Assembly: GCF_018350175.1 (NCBI RefSeq)
Contig: NC_058368.1
Span: 195,116,001 to 195,180,000 of the forward strand
Reading direction: 5' to 3'
DNA: 64,000 bases
DNA from: Felis catus
Taxonomy: Eukaryota
In this document: piece after piece, positions 51,031-63,563 of the stretch
Layout of the letters: the number at the start of each line of letters is the position of its first letter
Position numbering within the stretch: the stretch's first letter is position 1
Made by a program: the position numbers and the translations under genes
The notes under the pieces: generated by a model
Seen by the model: the letters and a program-made list of their open reading frames with translations, nothing else
What the model was told of the DNA's origin: nothing
Databases searched by the model: none

Positions 51031-51414
51031 CGCAAGCAGGGGAGGGGCAGAGAGAGAAAGGAGACACAGGATCTGAAGCAGGCTCTAGGCTCTGAGCTGT
51101 CAGCACAGAGCCCGACGTGGGGCTTGAACTCGTGCACCATGAGATCATGACTTGAGCCGAAGTCGGACGCTCAACCGACCGAGTCACCCACGTGCCCCAG
51201 TCTATGTAAACTTCTAAAATGTTTATTTTTGAGAGAGAGAAATAAAGCACGTGAACAGGTGGGGGGTGCCGAGGGAGGAGGGGACAGAGGATCCGAAGCA
51301 GGCTCTGTGCTGACAGCAGAGAGCCTGATTCGGGACTCAAACCCGTGAACTGTGAGATCATGACCTGAGCCTAAGTCAGATAGATGCTCAACCGACTGGG
51401 CCACTCGGGTGCCC
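50965..51414 (-). mobile_element. Two tandem felid SINEs
   Basis: aatgtttattgtttttgagagag...cacgtgcccc; aatgtttatttttgag...ctcgggtgccc. Confidence 0.9.
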
Positions 51415-52007
51415 TACGTAAACTTTTTTATTGAAGCAAAGTACACATGCAGAAATTACATGCACAAATCCTACATGTACGTGTGCAATTCAATGAATTT
51501 TCACAAACTGACCACATCCATGTGATCAGTACCTAGTTGCAGAAACAGAATGTTACCTGCTCTCCAGAAGTCCCTTTGTGTCTCCTGGAAAGACTCTTAC
51601 TGATTTCCGGTCGAATATTTTCATTTTGCAGAAGAGAACACTAAGGCCCGACGGGGGAAAATGACTGTCCCAAGAGGACAAAGGGCAATGCTCTGCGGCT
51701 ACTTTGTAGCCTCAGAAGTGCAACACCTCCTTCAGAAGTGCAACACCTCCTTCACAGAACACACCCCTCGAGGCGGCAGTTACAGGCACCTGCCGAGCAG
51801 AGCCCTCCAGGCCCCGAACTCCCCTCTGCCCCGATGGTGCTGAAGTCGGGGCATGGGCTGTATCTGCTCTTTGTGAAACTGTTGCTACCCTCTGGCCCTT
51901 CCCAGGGTTCTGTTCTGGCCTCTTCCCCTGACGACACACTCTCAAGAAGCTTAAGCAGATTGTGCCAGGAAGGCCCTTAAAGATCTGATCAATTTATGAT
52001 TTGCTTA

Positions 52008-52063
52008 AAAAAGAAGGAAAAAAGAAAGAAAGAAAGAAGAAAGAAAGAAAGAAAGAAGAATGA

Positions 52064-52099
<36 letters not shown>

Positions 52100-52130
52100 G
52101 GAAGGAAGGAAGGAAGAGAGGAAGAAAGAA
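52008..52130. repeat. (GAAA)n/(GGAA)n microsatellite
   Basis: Direct reading. Confidence 0.95.
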
Positions 52131-52313
52131 ACCCCATAAAACTTTGTTCTTAAAATTCCCTAAATTAGTGGGTTGTTACTGCCAAAAAAAATAAAATCTA
52201 ACAATAGAGAAACGTACTAAGCAAGCATAGAATATTTCCTTGCCTGGATTGTGAATTAGTCAGGAGTATAGGCAGCTGTTGGTAGGTGGGCTTTATATGC
52301 ATGTATATGTGTC

Positions 52314-52504
52314 ATTTATTTATTTATTTATTTTGAGAGACAAAGTGAGCAGGGAAGGGGCGGAGAGAGACGGAGAGAGAGGGAGGATCCCAGTCAGTCT
52401 CTGTGCTGCTAGATCAGAGCCCGATAGGTCGTGAGCCTCGAGATCATGACCCGAGCTGAAGTCAAGAGTCCGGTGCATAACCGACTGAGCCACCCAGGTG
52501 CCCC
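52314..52504 (-). mobile_element. Carnivore SINE
   Basis: atttatttatttattttattttgagag...gactgagccacccaggtgcccc. Confidence 0.88.
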
Positions 52505-53351
52505 TGTGTGATTTTTTTTTTTTTTTTTTTTTTGAAACAGCTGTCTCCTTTCCTTCCCTCCTCCTTGGCTTTCTCTCAAAGTCATTGTTTTGCTGCCAAA
52601 AGCTGGATGAGAAGGAGATGGGAAAGAGTTAGAGTGATTGCCCCTGGCTATGTACCACAAAAGCCCAGCCTTGTCAATCACCTTTGGTGTGATGCCTTTG
52701 TGTGTGGTAGAAACACAGAGCAACCAGGGTGCTCTCAGCACTAAGGTCTCTGTAAACGGAATCGCGTCCTAGAGAACATAGCAGGTTAGAATGGGAAGCA
52801 GCTGTAATGTTCAACCACGTAATCCTTCGGACGGATGATGTGGGGAAGCCCAGAGCAGCAGTGCTTGGTGTCGGGGATCTCGCCCACCAGACTGCAGATA
52901 AAACCCAAGTGTCTTGACTCCCCGTGCAGTGCTCTTTGTACTATTCCACCTCAGTTCCCAGGGTAAATCCAATTTTTCGATTCTGTCTTCCTTCTTCCCC
53001 AGACATCTATGTGTATGTGTTGTACCATGGGTGTCAATTTGGGATTTGTGGAACCAGATCATCATGGCAATAACTCAGCAAGCTTACCCTTAAAGAGCTA
53101 AATTGGTGAGGGAAATCCCGGCCGGTAGCATGCATAGCAGTCAGAATGAATTCAGTTGCCAGTGACAGAAACTGACATCAAATGAACTTAAGCAAAAAAA
53201 GAATTCATTGGCTCATGTAACCAACAAGCTGGGATTTCAGGCATGGCTGGATCAAGGGCTCTCTTCTCTCTATGCCTTAGCTCTTTTCTCGTTGCCTGTT
53301 GGTGTTGGCCCCTCTCTCTCGTTGCTGCTAAGCTTCCTCCACGTGGATGGG

Positions 53352-53859
53352 TGTGGTGGGCTGAATGATGGCCTCCTGAAGATGGCCGTGTCCTAACCCT
53401 CAACTTGTGAATGTGTTTGTTACATGCTAAAGGTGATTTTATATATATGATTAAGTTAAGGATCTTGAGATGGGGAGATTATCATGGATTATCCAGGTGA
53501 TCCCAACGTAATCATGAAAGTCCTTTTAAGAGGGGGCAGAAGGGTCACAGAAGAAGAAGGAGATGTGATGACAGAAGCAGAGGTCAGAGAGAGAGAGAGA
53601 TAGAGTGCTTTGAAGACGCCACCCTACTGGCCTTGAAGACGGAGCAATAAGCCATAAGCCAAGGAATGGGGACAGCGTCCAGAAGCTGGAAAAGTCAAAA
53701 AAATGAATTCTCCCTTAGGGCTTCCGGAAGGAATGTGACCCAGCCAGCATCTTGATTTTAGGACTTCTGACCTCCGGAACTATAAGATAATAAATGTATG
53801 TTCTTTCAAGCCATTAAGTTTGTGGTAATTTGATACCATAGCAATAGGACATTAACACA
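53352..53859 (+). mobile_element. MLT1 (C/D-like) LTR nested in an older minus-strand MLT1J/K-like LTR (~53140-54120)
   Basis: tgtggtgggctgaatgatggcc...gatcttgagatggggagattatc...ccaaggaatg...agaagctggaaaag...ataggacattaacaca. Confidence 0.85.
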
Positions 53860-54654
53860 AGGGGTTTATGTCTCCAGGTTGATATCTTCTTCTGTGCTAA
53901 TCCAGTAGTCCATGGGGGCGGGGAAAGTTTCTTTCTTCCAAAGTCCCCACAAGGGCCACAGATTCTCCCTGGCCACAATCAGGTCGTGGGACTGTTGTTC
54001 CGATCACTGGTGCCGGAGCAGGCAAGACAGAAAGCTGGCTCAGCCTGAGTTCTGTGGCCATGGTGGTAGTGTTGGGGGGCACACCGGGACCGACAGGCCC
54101 TTTAGAATTACTTGAAATGGAGAGAGGAAGGCCGGCTGGATGGATAAAAACAACACACCCACCCTACAACAGGGGATTTTTGGAGTAACATGAGGAGACA
54201 CTGAAGGCTGGGTTAGGAGGTGCTGAGGGTGGGGAGAGGTGGGTGAACCAGGGGAGAGGCGGGTAGAATTGCCGGAAAGATTTCTGGGCCCTCCTGAGCC
54301 ACATGGGAATTTTTTGCTGCTACACTGCAGAGTTGTCTGTGCGGATAGCGCTGGAGAGGGATTCTGGGGGGGGGTGTGGAGGGGGGCACACGGAGGAAGT
54401 AGCCAAGTGCAGTGGTTCAGCTCTGAAGAGTCCCACGCTCCTAGCCCAGCTCTGCACACTTCCTGGCTGAGCAGCCTTAGGTAAGGCTCTTCATTTCTCC
54501 GGAGACTCAGGCTTCTCATCTGTAAAATGGGGCCAGTAGAAATCTCTCCCCTCGCGGGACTATTGTGAGGGGTAAAAGCGATCAGGCATGTAATGTGCTT
54601 AGCCCAGTGTCGGCACACCACAAATACCACCTGAACGATAGCCGTTGTTATTAT

Positions 54655-54877
54655 TTTTTTTTTAAATTTTTTTTCAACGTTTATTTATTTTGGGGATAGA
54701 GAGAGACCGAGCATGAACGGGGGAGGGGCAGAGAGAGAGGGAGACACAGAATCGGAAACAGGCTCCAGGCTCTGAGCCATCAGCCCAGAGCCTGACGCGG
54801 GGCTTGAAATCACGGACCGCGAGATCGTGACCTGGCTGAAGTCAGACGCTTAACCGACTGCGCCACCCAGGCGCCCC
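54655..54877 (-). mobile_element. Young felid SINE (SINEC_Fc) with TSD tgttattattatttt
   Basis: Near-identical to the SINE at 1996-2249. Confidence 0.95.
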
Positions 54878-55849
54878 TGTTATTATTATTTTAATTAAGG
54901 AGAAACACCTACAACATCTGAGTGATTTTGAAAGGACAACTTTGTGCAGAACTGGAGGGCAGAGCCAGGGTCCGAAGGGAGGAAGCCACAGCTCAACATA
55001 AGAAAGAACTTGCTGTGGATCCGCCTTCATGAAGGAGGGCCAGGCTGTCTGGGAAGGTAGTGAACACCCATCACCACATACTCAGATGCAGAGTGGGGGG
55101 CCACTTGGAGGGGATGTTATGGAGGGCATAAGCGCTCAGTTTAAGTTTTTCTCTTGCTCGGGGAGCCAGTGGCTCTCAGCCCTCAGGGGGAACCATCCCT
55201 ATGTGAGCTGGGCAGTTGCGGTTTCAGAAACTCTCCAGGCTCCATCAAGTCCACGTGCATTTGGTTCTGACATGCCCAGCCTGGGATTTCTTCCAGGCTT
55301 TCAGCCCCAGAGCTTGACTCCATCCCTAACTTGTTCACCTGGAGCTTAGAGAGAGGAGGAATCCATCTGTTCTCAGCAAGCACGTCAGGAACCCTGCGTG
55401 GAAAGCTTGGGGAAGTCGCTTCTGTTTGGGGGTAAGAAGCCGGTGCCCCACTAGAGAGCTGAAAACATCAGCAGTTCAGTCTTCGACCACCTTGTACGTG
55501 CCTGGCACTGTGTGAACTCGTATCAACCAGACTTCAGCTCAAGTGCATAGCAAAAAAGCCGAATAATCATAGCTCACACACAGAAGTTTTGTTTCTCTTG
55601 TTTATAAAGAAGCTTGGCACAAGTGGTTCCATATTGATGTGACAGCGCCGTGTAATTATCAGGGATCCAGAATCCTATCTTTTTTGTTTTAGGGCAACAG
55701 TTCCCACAAAGTGTTTGGCTGGATAAATTTGGGCCACACTGCCTACTACCACCCTCCCTTAGAGATTCACATTGAACCCCACCGTGCTCAGGACATGCAC
55801 TGCTTCCCTGGCACTCTTTATGGATAATTTTTGACAAGTATTGGCTTTT

Positions 55850-56091
55850 TTGGGGAATGCAAACTGGTGCAGCCACTCTGGAAAACAGTATGGAGGTTCC
55901 TCAAAAAACTAAAACTAGAACTACCCTACGACCCAGCAATTGCACTACTAGGCATTTATCCACGGGATACAGGTGTGCTGTTTCGAAGGGACACGTGCAC
56001 CCCCATGTTTATAGCAGCACTATCAACAATAACCAAAGTATGGAAAGAGCCCAAATGTCCATTGATGGATGAATGGATAAGGAAGATGTGG

Positions 56092-56139
<48 letters not shown>

Positions 56140-56500
56140 GGAGTATTACTCAGCAGTCAAAAAGAATGAAATCTTGCCATTTGCAACTATGTGGATGGAA
56201 CTGGAGGGTATGATGCTAAGTGAAATTAGTCAGAGAAAGACAAAAATCATATGACTTCACTCATATGAGGACTTTAAGAAACAAAACAGATGAACATAAG
56301 GGAAGGGAAACAAAAATAATATAACAACAGAAGAGACTCACAAATATGGAGAACAAACTGAGGGTTACTGGAGGGGTTGGAGTGGGGATGGACTAAATGG
56401 GTAAGGGGCACTAAGGAATCTACTCCTGGAATCATTGTTGCACTATATGCTAACTAATTTGGACATAAATCAAAATACATACATACATAAAATTTTAAAA
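55850..56500 (+). mobile_element. 5'-truncated felid L1 (~650 bp including an internal (AC)n) with TSD aagtatt(g/t)gctttt
   Basis: ORF2 C-terminus [39 protein letters not shown] at 55836-55849 and 56501-56514. Confidence 0.92.
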
Positions 56501-56938
56501 AAGTATTTGCTTTTCACTCAAATAGTTCATATTTGCTATGAAAAACTTTTAAGTCCAAAGCAAAAAAAGAAAAGAATAAAAGAGAAATTGTACTTATCTT
56601 TTCACCCAGAGAGAACCCTTATTAGAAAATTGGTACACTTTTCTAGTCTAGATATTAAAAAATATACAAACATAAGTATTCCCCTAAACGGGACCATTCT
56701 CACACACTATTCCAAACCTGTTTATTCCATTTAACAAAGTATCACAAACACCTTCCCATGTTAGGAAATATGGTCACAGTATCAAATTCATTCCTACAAG
56801 CAACAGTTTATTTGGTGTCTACGCAGTGGTGGTTCGCACCTACTCCAGGGGGGTTGGACACGACTAGAAGCTATCTCTTCCTCTAGGAGCTTTCTCCATT
56901 TCTCCACAGTGCTGTGTTTCATCTTGTTGATTTTTGAT

Positions 56939-56971
<33 letters not shown>

Positions 56972-57004
56972 GCGCGTGCATGCACAAGTAAGATTTATTT
57001 AAAA

Positions 57005-57217
57005 CAATTTTTTTTAAGTTTATTTTATTTTGAGAGGGACGGAGACAGCGCAAGTTGGAGAGGGGCAGAGAGAGAGGGAGAGAGAGAGAATCCCAAGCAG
57101 GCTCCGTGCTGCCAGCACAGAGCCCGATGCGGGGCTTGAACCCACGAAACTGTGAGATCGTGACCCAGGCAGAGATCAAGAGTCGGATGCTTCACCGACT
57201 GAGCCTCCCAGGCGCCC
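57005..57217 (-). mobile_element. Carnivore SINE
   Basis: aagtttattttattttgagag...gactgagcctcccaggcgccc. Confidence 0.9.
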
Positions 57218-58070
57218 TGAGATGTGACTATCTATTGAAACAGACACAGAGTGGGGAGTCAACACGACATGAGCACAGCATGGCAAACTTCTCCATACGT
57301 GCGCATCCCTGTAACCACCACTCACACACAGAACATTTCCGGGGCCCAGAAAGTTCCTTCTTGCTCTTTGCCCAGTCACAGACCTCTCTTACCTGAAACA
57401 CACTTTGGAGTGAGCGGACTTTTCGTGGGAGTGAGGTGTGTTTCTAGAACTGGATAGAAGTTGAGATGCTCAGCACAGCCCGTGTGCCGTGCCTACCTTG
57501 GCCCTCGGGACAGGGCGGGCCGGTGAGCATTACGGAGCAAGACTGAGGACTGGGGTGTGCTCCATGGGACCCTCCACCCAACTCTCCCAGCTGGGCGGGC
57601 TGGAGGCCGAGGCACAAGTGTCTGTGCTCCCAGGTCAGAGGAGGAGAGCTTAAGGGCTCAGGGCAGCACCTCCCGTCCTGTCTGGCCTGGGCAAGCCCGA
57701 GCCGAGAGGGCAGTGGAAGGGGCATTAAGCGGGAGCTGGGTGGGGGGTGGGTGGGAAAGAAAGGATAAAAGGTCTTATTCATGTTGCCTGGGGCGGTAGG
57801 GAGGGGTGCCTGGGCACAGGGGTAATGAGTAAAAATAATAACCAGTTCTGAGCGGGGGGGATGGGGTTGAGGGGGGAACAAGTAGGAAAATCTAAATATG
57901 GACTGTGGATTAAATAAATAAAGGTATTGTATCAAAGTTAAATTTCCTGATTCTGATCCTTACGCTGCGGTTCTGTAAGGGAATGTTCTCGGTGCACACG
58001 GCAGTGCTGAGGTGTGCTGTCTTTGACTTACGCTGAAGCGGTTCAGATAAAAATAGACGTGTGTGTAGAT

Positions 58071-58356
58071 ATATGCAGAGAAGACAATTGTAGAGAAAAG
58101 GGGGCAAGAGGTAAACATACGACGAATCTGGGTAAAGGGCTCATTTGAGTGTCTTGTATTATTCTTTCAACTGTTTGGGGGCAAGTTGGAAAGTATAACA
58201 AGATGCAAAGTGACAGAACAGAATGGTGTCTGCGACCTGCCTGGATTCTGATGTGTTCACTCTGACACTAGTGAGCAGTGTAACCGTGGGCGGCTGCCTG
58301 TCTCTCTCTGGTCCTAAGGCCCCGCCGTGCAGGTGAGGAGACTGGACACCAGATGA
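58071..58356 (+). repeat. 286-bp local duplication, copy 1
   Basis: Gap-free match to 61374-61659 with about 8 substitutions by eye. Confidence 0.95.
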
Positions 58357-61300
58357 TCTCTGTGAGACACGGCAGCTCTGGCTTTCTGGACACCTGAGGC
58401 CCCAGGTTTGTGGGATCACAGAATCAGCCAGGCGACCCGCTGAGTGGCTGATGGAGTGTGGGGTCTCTCTGTCTTAACCCGCCCACGGGGTTTGCCTCCT
58501 GCTGAGGAAGAGGAGAGAGAAAGGGGTGACTTTCCTGTGGTTGCCTTTCTCCCAGATCTAAAGTAGTAATAGAACACTCTTAACAATGGAAAATAGGGAA
58601 ATGACAAGCAAAACGCAAAGGCCTCGATAATCCCACTGCTCTAATGTTGGCACCAGGTTGACAGCTGCAGGCTGTTAGAATAGGAGGGAATCCCCGCTAG
58701 AGTGGGGAAGACTGAGGCTCGAAGTGGGGGGGGGGGAGACTTGTTCAACATTACAAAAATGCCGTCTGGTGGCAGGGTCAGGACTGGAGACCACGTGTTG
58801 TGAATTTCAGACCAGCCCGATATTGGTTTTTCATGGACAATGTTGTTTATTTTCTAATTATGTAAAAAATGTCTAAGATTCGAAAGTCTGAGGAGCCACA
58901 CCTGCTCCTCAGATGTTTGCCTGCTGGTTTTCCCACTCTAAGAATCTCCAGAGTCCAGATGGAACTCTCCTCTCTACCTGTGGGCCCCACACCTGGCCGT
59001 TCCTTCCATCCAGCAGCCTGGGCGGGACAGGGCTTGATTCTGCCCCTCAGCAGGGTGTCAGCAGCTCCCAGGTGACAGCAAGACACCAAGGCCCTAAGTC
59101 TTCCCTGCTGACTCTTTCCCATACTCCCACGGAAGGTTGAGTTGGGACCAGCCTAAGGACTGGACCCTGTATATGCCATTTCCGGAACCTGACTTTGGGG
59201 GGCCAGCACGATAAGCCTCGGTGCATTGTCCTACCTGGAATTTCACAGTTAGCGCTTCATTCCTTTAACTTAAATTTTGGCCCAATTCCTTGGGTAGCCG
59301 TGTCTACGTCTAGAGTGTATCAGAAGAATGGGGACATTCTGTTTGTGGGAAAGGGAAGTGTCCTGCCTTTCTTTTTCTCACTCCCCAGAACCCCGTTTGC
59401 ACTTTTCTCAAACGGACATCTGAGTTCTGTTCGGGGGCCATCCCTGACACACCTTATTGTGAACTTGAGGTAGGTCAAAGCGGGAATGCCTGAGGGTGGA
59501 TACGTTTAAGCCGTTTTATTTTATATGAAAAAAAAAAATAGTGCTTACTGAGCTGTTATTCTGTGCTAGGCTCTGCTAAGAACTTGACTCGCATTACTTA
59601 AATTCATGCTCACAATGACCCCGTGAGGTATGTATTTTCTTCTCCCTGGTTTATTCCTGCAGGCAACCTGGCTAGAGAGGTTATATAGAGCTGGGAAGAG
59701 GAAGGAGGGATGAGGTCAGGGGTGCGAATCCAGGTCTGGCTCTGGGAGGAGGAGGTCACCGTTGCTTTAGGGGGTTGGCTATCCACCAGTGCCGAGACCT
59801 TCTCTCTCAGCATCTGGGGTATCGGGCAAAGGCCATGGCCCCAGCTCCTCCCCGCACCCCAAAACTCTGCTTAGGCTGCCGCACAGGGAGACTTGGGGTG
59901 CCCTGGGAGATCGTCCGTGCTAAGCGTCGTCCTCACTTGTACAGCTGAGGAAACAGCAGGGGCAGGGCTGCTGGGTTGCACAACTCTGGGGGCATCGTTT
60001 CACTGTATCCCATGTGACAGTCGCTTCTCAGGTTGTGAAATGCAGGGCCTGTGAGGCAGAGACAGGGACTAGGCCGAGTCACACAGCCACCCCGAATCAG
60101 GACTTGACCCCGGAGCCCAGACGGCTCTGTTTGTATGCCCTGGGGGATGGGGGAGGGGAAGAGTTGCTGGATGGACAGATGCCTGGGGGCTCCGGGAGAC
60201 TTGGTGTCTCTCCAGCCCTTTGTTGGGCGGGATGGGTGGGGGGGGGAGGCCTTCCCTGCGGAAGGATCCACAGCCTCCCACATCCGGCCCCACAGCCTCC
60301 CACATCCGGCCCCATAGCACAGGGAGGCACGGTGCACCTGTGCAGCTGCGTGGCCCCGCAGGGAACCCTTCTCACCCTGCTTCTGGGCAGCTCCTCAGGA
60401 AGGCCTGGCCAACAGCAGCGAGTGGTGAGGCCTAGTCCCAGAGCCAGCGCTGGCCTGGGGCCCGTTCTTTCCCATGCCGCCAGGGAGCTCAGCTACAGCA
60501 GGTCCCTCCTCCCTCACAAAACCTGTGGTGTCCCACCGCCTGCAAAGTGGAGGAGTCCAGACACTTCTGCCCAGCTTTCAAGATCTGCCACCGCCTGCTT
60601 CTACTTTTTTGCACCTGCATCTCGGACCCTGGCCCTTTTGGGACTCCATCCACCCCAGACCGCTATCACCTGTGGCCACGTACCTGCGCTCTCCTGCCCC
60701 AAGTCTCAGCTCAGGTTGTTCTCACCTCCCCCAAACACTGCCTCCTCTCTAAACTTTTGTTTTTCCCTGGCTAAAATCCTCCCTGCCCTTGAAGTTCAAA
60801 CTTATCTTCTCCAAGAAGTGTTATCTTGGAATCGACTTATGTTTCCTTTGGGTTTTGAAACTATTCAGCTGCCCATCCATCCATCTGTCCATCCGTCCAT
60901 CCATCCGCCCATTTCTCCACCACTACTACTGTGTCCTAGGTTTACGGGTTAAGTAATGAATATGCATGGTCACTGCCCTCAATCAGCTGTTAGTGAAGGA
61001 AGCAGACCCCTAAGCAAGGAATGTAGTCAGTGCTGCCCTGGGGGAAGGGAGGTCATCAAAAGCCTCACAAGATAGGACAGTTTATGTCCCTTTAATAAGT
61101 AAGGGACATCTGCAGGGACTCAGGGGCCACACTACATTTGGAATTAAAAGAATGGCTGTTGGTGAGAAGCAAGTTGTCCCATATGCACTGACTGTCCCTG
61201 GCATCATTTTGTGCCCTTAATAGCTCCTCAGGTTAGCATCTTGCTTCCTTTATTTTGCAGCATGCTTTCTTATGTCCCGCATTTGGGTCCCACAATAATC

Positions 61301-61373
61301 TTCCTCTTTACAGATGAAGACACAGAGAGTCAGAGGTGAAGGACCTGCCCACGCCACACAGCTTGTAAAAGGG

Positions 61374-61659
61374 ATATGCAAAGAAGACAATGGTAGAGAA
61401 AAGGGGGCAAGATGTAAACATACGACAAATCTGGGTAAAGGGCTCATTCGAGTGTCTTGTATTATTCTTTCAACTGTTTGGGGGCAAGTTGGAAAGTATA
61501 ACAAGATGCAAAGTGACAGAACAGAATGGTGTCTGCGACCTGCCTGGGTTCTGATGTGTTCACTCTGACACTGGTGAGCAGTGTAACCGTGGGCGGCTGC
61601 CTGTCTCTCTCTGGTCCTAAGGCTCCGCCGTGCAGGTGAGGAGACTGGACACCAGATGA
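61374..61659 (+). repeat. 286-bp local duplication, copy 2
   Basis: Offset of 3303 bp from copy 1. Confidence 0.95.
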
Positions 61660-61796
61660 CCTTTTCCATTGTAATTGCATTCTAGTTATCATAGGAATAG
61701 GTAACCCATACCAAAGCCATGTGAACAATCCCCTCCTAGACCTGTTCCCTATCACCTCCAGGGCATATCTATGTTGTCAAGTCTTTACTCCCAGAG

Positions 61797-61800
<4 letters not shown>

Positions 61801-61844
<44 letters not shown>

Positions 61845-61890
61845 AACAAATTGGTTTACAAATTCTGTCCTTTACACAAATGGTAGTGCG

Positions 61891-61930
<40 letters not shown>
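61801..61930. repeat. (TG)n at 61801-61840 and (CT)n(AT)n at ~61890-61930
   Basis: Direct reading. Confidence 0.95.
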
Positions 61931-61931
<1 letters not shown>

Positions 61932-63347
61932 GCTGTGCATTTACCTTTTTACTACTTAATACTGTAATATGGAGGCCATCCCATAGTGTATATAAAATCC
62001 TTTCCCATTCAATTTCTATAAAAAGCTGTACAGCGTTCCATCACGTGGATGCCCAGTAGCTGATTTAATCAGCCAGGCACTGGTGGACATTTAGGCTGTT
62101 CCCAATCTTTCCCAGTTAGAAACAGAGCCCCAGGGAATACATTGTCCTTTTGAAATTCCTTTCAGCCTCTCTCAGCCGTGATGTCCCACACGGAAAGGAC
62201 ATGGGCAAGGCAGGACACAGGCAGCGAGCCTCAGAGCAGCCGGGACAGGGTCTGACTCCTGGTTGGACCACTTGGTCCTGTCCCACCTTGGACCCCTTGC
62301 TCATTCCATGTGAAGCAGAGGAGCCTGGGAATTTGCGTTTCTAACGCGCTTCCTGGTGAGACTGGTGTGGGGACTGTACTTTGATAACCACTGTGCTAAG
62401 CGACTAAAATATGGACTCTGGTAATTCCCATCTCTTCAGGTGGGGATTAAGGTATGTAGCCCCATAGCACCATGCTGGTACCAGACTAAGAACTTAATAC
62501 ATCTTAGTGATTATTACTAGATCAGCCCTCTCACCACAGAGCGAAAAGTTAACCAGACGTAGGGATGATGCATAGCGATCCTCGGAGCCCTGATCTGTTC
62601 TCCAGGGGGTTGAGGGGTATGCTGGAGCTTCTCTCCAAAATCTCCTCTAAGACCTAAGTCTGGAATGGCTGGGGAACTCTGCCAAGCTGCCTGGCATCAG
62701 AAATTGTCATTTTGATGGTAGCTGGGGTGGAGAACTGGGGGGGTAGAAAGAAGCCCAACTTGGAGCCCCAGCGCTGACTGGGTGATGGATGCTTCTGTGG
62801 GCACCGTCCTGTGCCAGCTTGCTCCCTGGTGAAAGGGTGTGCAAGAGAAGACAGAGAAGGGGCTCGTCACATGCCAGCTCCTACCCCAGCCATCAAAGGG
62901 CCCCCTCTATCTTTAGAGCCCTTGTAATCTGCTCTCATTAACAGTGCTTTGTGGGGGGGGACATCAGTGGTGGAGAACCCCAGGCGGCCACCGCAGGCCT
63001 GGTCATGCCCCCGCTGCTCTCTCCTTGGGCCCTGGGAGGGGAAGCCTGGGAGGGGAAGGCCATGCTTTGCTCCTTCCCACGCCACCTCTCTGCAGGGAGG
63101 CAGGGACTCAGGAGAGCTGGCAGAAGTGTGTGAGTTTCAGTCAGAAGAGGGGCACTCAGCACAGCGCCAAAATCACGGGGGTGGAAGAAGTGACTGGGCT
63201 AGGCTCTACCCTGCTTTGTGACCTTGGGTAAGGCCTTTTCCCTCTCTGAGCCTCCGTGTTCCCTCTTGTACAATGAGATGTGCTCAGGATCTGCACCTGG
63301 TGCCCTGAGTCAGTGTCGAGTCCCAGAATTAAGAAGTCAGTAGCATT

Positions 63348-63563
63348 TGGGGCACCTGGGTGGCTCGGTCGGTTGAGCGTCCAACTTCAGCTCAGGTCAT
63401 GATCTCGCGGTTCACAAGTTCGAGCCCTATCTCGGGCTCTGTGCTGACCACTCAGAGCCTGGAGCCTGCTTCAGATTCTGTGTCTCCCTCTCTCCCTGCC
63501 CCTCCCCCGCTCATGCTCACTCTGTCTCTCAAAAATAAATAAAAACACTTAGAAAAAAAAGAA
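63348..63563 (+). mobile_element. Felid SINE with TSD-like aagaagtcag(t/c)agc
   Basis: ggggcacctgggtggctcggtcgg...ctcaaaaataaataaaa. Confidence 0.92.

Noticed and set aside
55448..55461. CTCF-like CCACTAGAGAGCTG (also ccactaggaggtgt at ~24021)
   Set aside because: Mismatches in the core GGC; too weak to call
60014..60952. 312-aa ORF, the longest in the window
   Set aside because: Non-ATG start, low-complexity P/S/L/G composition, runs through a tandem duplication and an (ATCC)n tract, no recognisable domain; expected by chance in GC-rich DNA
58071..61659. The 286-bp direct repeats as LTRs of a 3.6-kb retroelement
   Set aside because: No TG...CA ends, PBS, PPT or TSD; the repeat spans fragments of older L1 and MIR elements
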